From: Eubacteriales bacterium
GTDB lineage: Bacteria > Bacillota > Clostridia > Oscillospirales > CAG-272
Direction: 5' to 3'
Length of the DNA: 61,328 nucleotides
Assembly (NCBI GenBank): GCA_045636085.1
Contig: JAZTWU010000122.1
Span: 1 to 61,328, forward strand
Positions 17,596-24,863 of the stretch are shown in pieces. Made by a program: the position numbers and the translations under genes. The notes under the pieces are model-generated. The model did no database searches and was not told where the DNA came from. It worked only from the letters and a program-made list of their open reading frames with translations. How positions within the stretch are numbered: position 1 is the first letter of the stretch; each line of letters starts with the position of its first letter.

Positions 17596-17613
17596 TTATT
17601 TGTGAAAGAGCAA

Positions 17614-17646
17614 CAAAAAAAGCCCACCGAGAAGGCCTCGGTGGGC
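17614..17646 (-). terminator. intrinsic terminator of the ABC-F gene
   Basis: Perfect 10-bp stem GCCCACCGAG/CTCGGTGGGC with a 5-nt loop, followed on the minus strand by TTTTTTT. Confidence 0.75.
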
Positions 17647-17675
17647 AAAATAGGGGTAAAACGGATAAATTTTTT

Positions 17676-19592
17676 TTACATTGTGAGCTCGTAAAGAGAA
17701 AGAAGCTCCTCCTCAATCTCGCTCTTTCTTTTGTCGATTTCTGCCGCGCGCAGATAATCGCTTGCCGCCTCGCCGAAAAGCTCCTCCTCCAGCGCCTCAA
17801 GCTCCTTTTCGAGCGCCTCGATCTTCTCCTTGGCGCGCTCAAGCTTCTTTTGCTCTCCGCGCTTTTTTGCGGCCTCCTTCTTCTTTTGCTCGTATTCCTC
17901 CTTGCCTGTGCTGATCTGCACGGGCTGAGCCTGCATCGCGTGGCTTTCGCGCTTTTCCTTGAGCTTCAGATATTCCGTATAGGCATCGTCGTATTCCTCA
18001 AGTCGGTAGTCGAGCATACCGCGCTCCGTATGCGGATCCAGCTCGATGATGCGCGTGGCCAGGCGATTGATAAAGTAGCGGTCGTGCGAAACGGCAACGA
18101 TCGTGCCGTCAAAGGCGAGGAGCGCGTTTTCCAGCGCCTCGGCAGAGCCGATATCCAGGTGGTTGGTCGGCTCGTCCATCACGAGCAGGTTCACCTTTTT
18201 GAGAATGAGCTTTGCAAGCGTCAGTCTTGCGCGCTCACCGCCCGAAAGCACCTTCACGCTCTTGTCGATATCCTCTGCGCCGAAGAGAAAGAGCGCCAGC
18301 GCCGAGCGAAGCTCAAGATCCGTCATCAACGGATAGCTTTCCCGCATTTCGGAAAAAACCGTATTGTGCTCGCCAAGACCGCGGTTTTCCTGATCGTAGT
18401 AGCCGATCTTGATATTGTATCCAAGCTCCACACGGCCGCCCTGCGGCACAAGCCGACCGTTGATGATCTTCATCAGCGTGGATTTTCCCGATCCGTTCGG
18501 GCCGAGGAAAAGTGTTCTCTCTCCCTTTTCTATTAAGAAGGAAAGATTTTCGATCAGCGGCGCGCCGCCGTAGGAAAAGCAAAGCTCCTTCGCCTCAATG
18601 ACGTGCCCTGTGCTCTCGCTCTCGGAAAGAAAGCGCATACGGATCTCCTTCTCGGGCCCCTTGGGCTTTTCAATCTTTTCCATTCTGGCGAGCTGCTTTT
18701 CCTTGGAGCGGATGGTCACGAAATTGTGCTCGCGGTTGCATCTGCGCTGAAATTCGATATTCTTGCGGATGCGCTCGATCTCCTTTTGCTGCTCCTTATA
18801 GCGCTTTTCGAGCGAGGCGCGCTCGGCCTCCATCTGGAGCTTGGCCTTAGAATAATTCCCGAAAAAGATTTTGGCAACGCCGTCCTGGATCTGCATCGTC
18901 TTCTCCGTGGTGCGGTCAAGGAAATAGCGGTCGTGCGAGATGATCAGCACGGTTTTCTTATAGCCTGCAAGATAGCCCTCCAGCCAAGCAAGGGCATCAA
19001 GGTCGAGATGGTTGGTCGGCTCGTCAAGCATCAGCACGTCCGGCTCGGTGGCCAGAAGGCGCGCAAGCGAGAGTCTCGTATACTGTCCGCCCGAAAGGGT
19101 GGAGATGGTTTGCGAAAGCTGTGCCTCCGAAAAGCCGAGGCGCAGAAGCATTCCTCTTGCGCGGGAGCGGAATTCAAGTCCGCCCTCATTTGCAAAGCGC
19201 GTGTTGAGCGCCGAGAGGCGGGCGGAAAGCGCATTCACCTCGTCGTGCCCTGCCACGGTCAGCGCGTGGGAGGTTGCCTCGATCTCCTCCTCCAAGGCGA
19301 GAAGGGCGGGGAAGGCGGTGATCATATATTGCTCCATCGTCATATTTCCGGGGAGTGCCGTGAGGTCGGCGTTTTGCTCAAGAACGCCAACCGTATAGCC
19401 CTTGCGCAGGCTCACAGTGCCCTGATCGGGGGTGTATTGTCCCGAAAGCAGGCGGAAGAGCGAGGTTTTTCCTGCGCCGTTGGTGCCAACGATGCCGATA
19501 TGCTCGCCGTCCTGTGCGGCGAAGGTGATATCCTTCAATATTATATTATCCCCGAAGGAGAGGGAGAGGGAGGATGCGGAAATTGCGATCAT
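17676..19592 (-). CDS. ABC-F family ATPase (EttA/Uup-like translation factor type)
   Basis: Two ABC cassettes (Walker A GTNGAGKTS and GPNGSGKST; signatures LSGGQ and LSGGE), no TM domain, Lys/Glu-rich coiled-coil tail. Confidence 0.9.
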   Translation of the reverse strand: MIAISASSLSLSFGDNIILKDITFAAQDGEHIGIVGTNGAGKTSLFRLLSGQYTPDQGTVSLRKGYTVGVLEQNADLTALPGNMTMEQYMITAFPALLALEEEIEATSHALTVAGHDEVNALSARLSALNTRFANEGGLEFRSRARGMLLRLGFSEAQLSQTISTLSGGQYTRLSLARLLATEPDVLMLDEPTNHLDLDALAWLEGYLAGYKKTVLIISHDRYFLDRTTEKTMQIQDGVAKIFFGNYSKAKLQMEAERASLEKRYKEQQKEIERIRKNIEFQRRCNREHNFVTIRSKEKQLARMEKIEKPKGPEKEIRMRFLSESESTGHVIEAKELCFSYGGAPLIENLSFLIEKGERTLFLGPNGSGKSTLMKIINGRLVPQGGRVELGYNIKIGYYDQENRGLGEHNTVFSEMRESYPLMTDLELRSALALFLFGAEDIDKSVKVLSGGERARLTLAKLILKKVNLLVMDEPTNHLDIGSAEALENALLAFDGTIVAVSHDRYFINRLATRIIELDPHTERGMLDYRLEEYDDAYTEYLKLKEKRESHAMQAQPVQISTGKEEYEQKKKEAAKKRGEQKKLERAKEKIEALEKELEALEEELFGEAASDYLRAAEIDKRKSEIEEELLSLYELTM

Positions 19593-19654
19593 AATACCTT
19601 TCCATTCTGCCGCCGAAGACGGCCGAGATAAAAGTAAGCGTTTTTTCTTTTCCT

Positions 19655-19683
19655 ATTTTATCATATATGGAGAAGAAAATCAA
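19655..19683 (-). promoter_or_regulatory. sigma-A type promoter of the ABC-F gene
   Basis: Minus strand reads TTGATT-17 nt-TAAAAT with a TGa extended -10. Confidence 0.55.
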
Positions 19684-19720
19684 TCGCCGAAGCAAAGAAA
19701 ACGGAAGAAACTTGAATAAT

Positions 19721-19780
19721 TGCATAAAATACGCATATTTATGCAGTAAATATTCTGCATATTCAAAACATTTATGCAGT
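19721..19780. repeat. array of TGCA-centred inverted repeats and a direct repeat ATTTATGCAGT x2
   Basis: TGCATAAA-N9-TTTATGCA (19721-19745), TGCAG-N8-CTGCA (19742-19759) and CTGCATA-N11-TATGCAG (19755-19779). ATTTATGCAGT occurs at 19737 and 19770. Confidence 0.5.
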
Positions 19781-19931
19781 GCGGCGGGAGGAGAACAACG
19801 GCTTTTTCTTTGCTTGTTGCTCCTTAAATCCGAAAAACAGTCAAAAAATAGTGCAAAACGAACAAAAATAAGCGAGAACAAACATCGAAAACGTCCAAAA
19901 TGCCAAAGATGAATTTTTTTGCAAAAAACTC

Positions 19932-19960
19932 TTGACTTTCTGAATAAATAAGCGTATAAT
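19932..19960 (+). promoter_or_regulatory. sigma-A type promoter of the amino-acid ABC importer operon
   Basis: TTGACT-17 nt-TATAAT, 55 nt upstream of the ATG at 20015. Confidence 0.7.
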
Positions 19961-20014
19961 GTCTACATCACAAAAAACAGTTCGGGTGAGAGACCCGAAA
20001 GAAAGAGGAAAAAA

Positions 20015-20860
20015 ATGAAAAAGATTGTTTCTTTGCTTCTTGCAGTCGTTCTTCTGTGCGGTTGCGCGTTCACGCTTTCTTCCTGCGGCGATACCATCGT
20101 ATCCAAGGTCGGCGTTCAGGAGGGTACCACCTCTAAGGATTATGCAGATATCCTGAAGGGTGTTGAGGTTGTTCCTTACGAGACCTTTGCTTATGCTGCA
20201 ACGGCTATGAAGAATGGCAACGTTGACTATGTGATCGTTGATAAGACCACCGGTGAGGCTCTTTGCAGAGACATTTCCGGCCTTAAGATCAACCCCATCG
20301 CGCTTTCCACCGAGAAGTACGGTATCGCGATCGATAAGAATCAGGCAAATCTGAAGACGCAGATCGATGCCATTCTTGCTGAAAAGGCAGACGAGATCCA
20401 GGCCATCAAGGATAAGTATATGGCCGGCAACGAGGAAGAATATGTAGGTGTTGTTTCCAAGACGCAGGATCCCGCAAAGGCTGCAACCCAGCTCGTTGTT
20501 GCTACCAACGCTGAGTTCGATCCTTGGGAGTGGGTTGAGGGCTCCGATGGCTCCGATACGGTTTACTACGGTATCGATATGGAGATCGCAGCTCTGATCG
20601 CTGAGGAGCTTGGTATGGAGCTCGTAATCAAGGATATGAAGTTCGAGGTTGTTGTTAGCGCTGTTGGCTCGAACGGCGTTGATATTGCAATGTCCGGTAT
20701 CACCATCACCGCAGAGCGTATGCAGGTTGTAAACTTCTCCGAGTCCTACTACACCGAGTCCATCGTGGTTGTTCACAAGGCAGATGACACGTCTCTTGAT
20801 AAGTGCGGCACCGTTGTTGACGTTCTCAAGAAGCTCTGCGTTCCCGAGGAAGAGGAATAA
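20015..20860 (+). CDS. amino-acid ABC transporter substrate-binding lipoprotein (family 3 SBP, circularly permuted order)
   Basis: Lipobox LSSC. The GVQEGTT...NGNVDYVIVD...YGIAIDK segment comes before the LVVATNAEFDPWEW...IAMSGITITAERMQVVNFSESYY segment. Confidence 0.85.
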   Translation: MKKIVSLLLAVVLLCGCAFTLSSCGDTIVSKVGVQEGTTSKDYADILKGVEVVPYETFAYAATAMKNGNVDYVIVDKTTGEALCRDISGLKINPIALSTEKYGIAIDKNQANLKTQIDAILAEKADEIQAIKDKYMAGNEEEYVGVVSKTQDPAKAATQLVVATNAEFDPWEWVEGSDGSDTVYYGIDMEIAALIAEELGMELVIKDMKFEVVVSAVGSNGVDIAMSGITITAERMQVVNFSESYYTESIVVVHKADDTSLDKCGTVVDVLKKLCVPEEEE

Positions 20861-20930
20861 TTCAAATAATTAGAAAAGGTAATATAAAGGCTTAGTTCTT
20901 TGAGCTAAGCCTTTCGTTTGGTTAATAGAG

Positions 20931-21635
20931 ATGACTATATCTGAAATGTGGCAAGAATTTGTCAAGCAATTTATAACGAGAAAAGGCTATATGAACGTGC
21001 TGAAGGGCCTCGGTATCACCGTGGAGATCGCCGTGCTTGGTCTTTTGATCGGTATCGTGGTCGGAACGCTGATTGCCATCGTTCGCGTGATGCCGAAATA
21101 TAAGCGCCTGCCCCGCATCCTTGATAAAATTTGCGTTGGTTACGTGGAGCTTTTCCGCGGCACGCCTATGGTCGTTCAGCTTCTGATCGGCTATTGGGTT
21201 TTGCTTCCCGCGCTGGATATGCAGGTAAGCTCGGGTGTTCCCGTTGCAATCATAACCTTTGGCTTGAATAGCGGTGCTTACGTCAGCGAGATTATGCGTG
21301 GCGGTATCAATTCCGTGGACATCGGCCAGATGGAGGCAGGAAGAGCCGTTGGCCTTCCGTATTCCACCTCGATGCTGAAAATCGTCGTTCCCCAGGCGGG
21401 GAAGAATATTCTTCCCACGCTCGGTAATGAATTTATCGTGCTGATCAAGGAGACCTCGATCGTCAGTTTCGTTGCCGTGACGGACCTTTACAGATCCTTC
21501 AAGCAGCTCGGTGACCCGACGTATAATTATACGATGCCCTATCTGATGCTGGCTCTGACCTATCTTATTATGGTGCTTCTGATCTCCTGGGGTGTCAGAA
21601 CGCTTGAGAGAAAACTGAAAAAGAGTGAGAGGTGA
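20931..21635 (+). CDS. amino-acid ABC transporter permease (His/Glu/Gln/Arg family)
   Basis: Five hydrophobic segments and an EAA-type loop ([16 protein letters not shown]). Confidence 0.85.
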   Translation: MTISEMWQEFVKQFITRKGYMNVLKGLGITVEIAVLGLLIGIVVGTLIAIVRVMPKYKRLPRILDKICVGYVELFRGTPMVVQLLIGYWVLLPALDMQVSSGVPVAIITFGLNSGAYVSEIMRGGINSVDIGQMEAGRAVGLPYSTSMLKIVVPQAGKNILPTLGNEFIVLIKETSIVSFVAVTDLYRSFKQLGDPTYNYTMPYLMLALTYLIMVLLISWGVRTLERKLKKSER

Positions 21636-21640
21636 TAGAA

Positions 21641-22495
21641 ATGGAATATAATATGACTTCAAACGAAACGGTTTTGTCTGTTCTGGGACTCGAGAAGAAA
21701 TTCGGTGACCTTGAGGTGCTTCGCGGCGTTGATTTTGAGATCAAGAACGGCGAGCAGGTTGCCATCATCGGCCCCTCGGGATGCGGAAAGTCCACCTTCC
21801 TCCGTTGCATCAACTGTATGGAGGATCCCACGGGCGGCGCGATTATGTTCGAGGGCGAAAACCTTGCGGATATGAAGGTGGATATCAATATTCACCGTCA
21901 GAAGATCGGAATGGTTTTCCAGCAGTTCAATCTTTTCAATAACCTCACGGTTATCGATAATATCACGCTTGCGCCCCGCTATGTGGCGAAGAAAAAGAGA
22001 AACGCGATCAGAAGAAAGAATTTCTTTATCAAGATTGCAAATCTTTTCCGCAAGGAGAAGAAGTCGCTTCTTGACGAGGGAGAAAGCGTTGAAGAGATCC
22101 ATAAGAGAACCGAGGAGGCCGCAATGGCGCTCCTTCGGCGCATCGGCCTTGAGGAAAAGGCGACGGTTTATCCCTCCACGCTTTCGGGCGGTCAGAAGCA
22201 GAGAATTGCGATCGTTCGCGCTCTTGCAATGAATCCCAAGCTCATTCTCTTCGATGAGCCCACCTCTGCGCTGGACCCTGAGATGGTCGGCGAGGTATTG
22301 GATCTGATGAAGGAGCTTGCGAAGGAGGGAATGACGATGATCATCGTCACGCACGAGATGGGCTTTGCCCGTGAGGTGGCGGATCGCGTGCTCTTTATGG
22401 ACGGCGGAAAGATCAAGGAGGAGGGCACCCCCGAGGAGCTCTTCAAGAATCCCAAGGACGAGAGACTCAAGGAGTTCCTTTCCAAGGTTCTTTGA
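21641..22495 (+). CDS. amino-acid ABC transporter ATP-binding protein (GlnQ-like, with a ~35-aa insertion)
   Basis: Walker [10 protein letters not shown], signature LSGGQKQR, Walker [13 protein letters not shown]. The ATG at 21641 follows GAGAGGTGA; the track starts at GTG 21632. Confidence 0.9.
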   Translation: MEYNMTSNETVLSVLGLEKKFGDLEVLRGVDFEIKNGEQVAIIGPSGCGKSTFLRCINCMEDPTGGAIMFEGENLADMKVDINIHRQKIGMVFQQFNLFNNLTVIDNITLAPRYVAKKKRNAIRRKNFFIKIANLFRKEKKSLLDEGESVEEIHKRTEEAAMALLRRIGLEEKATVYPSTLSGGQKQRIAIVRALAMNPKLILFDEPTSALDPEMVGEVLDLMKELAKEGMTMIIVTHEMGFAREVADRVLFMDGGKIKEEGTPEELFKNPKDERLKEFLSKVL

Positions 22496-22508
22496 TTTGA
22501 AAAAGCGA

Positions 22509-22549
22509 AAATGCGCTCTTGGCGAAGGCCAAGGGCGCATTCTTTTTTT
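22509..22549. terminator. bidirectional intrinsic terminator
   Basis: AATGCGCTCTTGGC / GCCAAGGGCGCATT stem with one mismatch, followed by TCTTTTTTT. Lies between convergent genes. Confidence 0.65.
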
Positions 22550-22554
22550 GTTCT

Positions 22555-23388
22555 TTAAAATGGCGGATTGCTAACTATGGTTATCATTTCTCCCGTGATC
22601 GGATGGGGAATCTCCATTTTTGTGCAATGCAGAAGATAGCCCTCCTCGCTTTTTTCTCCGTATAAAAAATCGCCGAGAAGCGGATGCCCGATGTGCGCCG
22701 TGTGCACGCGGATCTGATGCGTTCGTCCCGTGAGAAGGCGCAGGGAAAGCACGGCGTTGCCATCCTCTCGCACGTAAAGCATTTCGTATTCCGTCACGGC
22801 GCGCTTGCCATCCTCAGCAACGATGCGGCGCATTTGCCCCTCGGCCTCTCTGCGGATTGGCGCATCGATGCGGCCGCTTTTTTCTTCGGGAATTCCCGTA
22901 ATGACGGCAGTATAAATCTTGGTGAAGCGCCCCGCCTTCATATCGGAGGAAAGCTTTGCGGCGGCATACTGCGTTTTTGCGATCAAAACGATGCCGGAGG
23001 TATCTCTGTCAAGCCGCGTGATCGCGCGGAAAACGAAGTCTTTGCCAAAATAATGCATCACGGCGTTCGCCAGCGTTGGCAGGGAATTGCCCTTGGAGGG
23101 GTGCGTTGGCATATTTTTCGGCTTGCAAACGGCAAGCATATGCGCATCCTCGTAAAGGATTTCAAGCGGCAGGTCGATCGGAGGAATTCCCTCGCTCTTT
23201 TCCTCGGGAAAATAGAGCTCGATGCGGTCGCCGTTTTGCACGGTGGCGCGCATATGCACGTTTTCTCCGTTGAGAAAAACGCCCCCGAGCTTCACCTTGG
23301 AAAGAAATGTGGAGGAAAGAGAAAGGCGGCTTTTCAGATATTGCGAGATGCGTATCGGCGTCTGTGCGCCCTCCACGGTGTGAATCAT
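22555..23388 (-). CDS. RluA-family pseudouridine synthase with N-terminal S4 domain
   Basis: Catalytic motif TRLDRDTSGIVLIAKT and late motif TGRTHQIRVH. Confidence 0.85.
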   Translation of the reverse strand: MIHTVEGAQTPIRISQYLKSRLSLSSTFLSKVKLGGVFLNGENVHMRATVQNGDRIELYFPEEKSEGIPPIDLPLEILYEDAHMLAVCKPKNMPTHPSKGNSLPTLANAVMHYFGKDFVFRAITRLDRDTSGIVLIAKTQYAAAKLSSDMKAGRFTKIYTAVITGIPEEKSGRIDAPIRREAEGQMRRIVAEDGKRAVTEYEMLYVREDGNAVLSLRLLTGRTHQIRVHTAHIGHPLLGDFLYGEKSEEGYLLHCTKMEIPHPITGEMITIVSNPPF

Positions 23389-23458
23389 ATCAGCGGCTTT
23401 CGTGACGGTCTCCTCCTCTCAAAATATAAATTTTAAATATTAAAAAAGCTTGAAAATA

Positions 23459-23487
23459 TTGACAAAATCCGTGATCTGTACTATTAT
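23459..23487 (+). promoter_or_regulatory. sigma-A type promoter upstream of the MFS/GH39-like cluster
   Basis: TTGACA-17 nt-TATTAT. Confidence 0.55.
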
Positions 23488-23539
23488 TGTAATATAATCG
23501 CAGACGTTTGTCAATATAAGAAAAAAAGGGAATGAGGCA

Positions 23540-24829
23540 ATGAAAGTGGAAATCGATTATTATTCTCCCGAATATAAGCGGTCGCGCGGTGCGTATATCG
23601 CGCAGAGCACCTTTGAATATTTTGTTTCTATGCTGGCGGCAGGCGCTTTTCTTGCCAAGCTTCTCACCTCGCTCGGCATCAGCGATGCGCTTGCGGGTAT
23701 TATTGCTTCCTTTTCCTCGCTCGTTTTCGTCGTTCAGCTCTTTTCCCTCGTTTTGGTGAAGGGAAAGCTCGGCGCGAAGGCACTTTCGATGATTTTTGAA
23801 ACGGCGAGCCAGCTTTGCTTTGCCCTGATGTATTTCGTCCCATTTATGCCGATTGGCAGAGGGGGAAGGCAAGCGGTCGTGATCCTTGCGATTCTGGTGG
23901 CCTATATTTGCAAGTATCTTGTGTATTCGATCCTCTTCGGATGGGGAAATTCCTTTTTCGATCCCCAAAAGCGCGGCATATTCTCTGCGCGCCGCGAAAT
24001 GATCTCCCTTATCTCGGGTATCGTCTTTTCGCTTTCGGTCAGCTTTGTTTTTGACCGTCTGGAGGCGGCGGGAAATTTGCGCGGCGGCTTTCTCTTCATC
24101 GGCGCGCTGATGCTTCTTTCGGGCGTCTCGAATTTCGTTTGTATGCTGGTGATGCGCCCCCTGCCGAAATGGGAGGAAACGGAGCAGAAGAAGCCGCTTT
24201 CGGTGGTTTTAAAGCAAACGCTCGGTAAATCCCCCTTCCGCCGTATTCTGATTTTCTCGGTGCTCTTCAGCTGTGCGGGAAGCTTCACGCTCGGCTTCCT
24301 TGGCGTTTATAAAACCAACGATCTTCTGATGTCGCTCTTTTTGATCGAGCTCGTCAATATGGCGTCCAATCTCTGCCGTCTTTTCGTGACCTCTCCCTTC
24401 GGAAAATATGCGGATCGCAATTCCTTCGCCAAGGGACTTCGGCTTGGTGCGATTTTGCTTGCATGTGCGTTTTTGTGCTGTATGATCACAACGCCGCGCA
24501 CTTGGTTTTTCATCATTTTGTTCTCAATTCTTTACAATATGAGCCTTGCGGGAACAAACCAGAACTCGTTCAACATTATTTATAGCTATATCGATAGCCA
24601 ATATATCACGCAGGCAATGGCAATCAAAAGCTGCGTTGGCGGCATCTGCGGCTTCGTCGCCGCGCTCTGCGGTGGCTGGATTCTTGCCGCCGTGCAGGAA
24701 AACGGAAATCGCGTTTTCGGCCTGCAGATCTACGGTCAGCAGCTTCTCGCCGCCATTTCCCTGATCCTTGCAATCACCGCAATCCTTTATCTTCATTTTG
24801 CCATCGTGCGTCACGATGCGCATCACTAA
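23540..24829 (+). CDS. MFS transporter (possibly glycoside/oligosaccharide symporter)
   Basis: 429 aa with about 12 hydrophobic segments. The substrate guess rests only on the adjacent hydrolase genes. Confidence 0.7.
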   Translation: MKVEIDYYSPEYKRSRGAYIAQSTFEYFVSMLAAGAFLAKLLTSLGISDALAGIIASFSSLVFVVQLFSLVLVKGKLGAKALSMIFETASQLCFALMYFVPFMPIGRGGRQAVVILAILVAYICKYLVYSILFGWGNSFFDPQKRGIFSARREMISLISGIVFSLSVSFVFDRLEAAGNLRGGFLFIGALMLLSGVSNFVCMLVMRPLPKWEETEQKKPLSVVLKQTLGKSPFRRILIFSVLFSCAGSFTLGFLGVYKTNDLLMSLFLIELVNMASNLCRLFVTSPFGKYADRNSFAKGLRLGAILLACAFLCCMITTPRTWFFIILFSILYNMSLAGTNQNSFNIIYSYIDSQYITQAMAIKSCVGGICGFVAALCGGWILAAVQENGNRVFGLQIYGQQLLAAISLILAITAILYLHFAIVRHDAHH

Positions 24830-24863
24830 GCAATACGAATTTGATTTTGAAAGGAAAAGAAGA

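Larger units (their letters stand above)
3517..17601 (-). mobile_element. phage-derived structural gene operon (defective prophage or GTA-like, short-tailed type), 17 co-directional genes plus promoter/operator
   Basis: Gene order is terS-terL-portal-scaffold-capsid-tail/fibre, with 4-nt start/stop overlaps. No integrase, repressor, replication, tape-measure or lysin gene recognised. Bracketed by terminators and housekeeping genes. Confidence 0.75.

Noticed and set aside
24768-24863. The N-terminal 32-codon extension of GH39-like paralogue 1, overlapping the end of the MFS gene.
   Set aside because: Paralogues 2 and 3 start at the equivalent of MREIKVDF. An AAGGAAAAG RBS precedes the ATG at 24864. 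The extension has no counterpart in the other copies.
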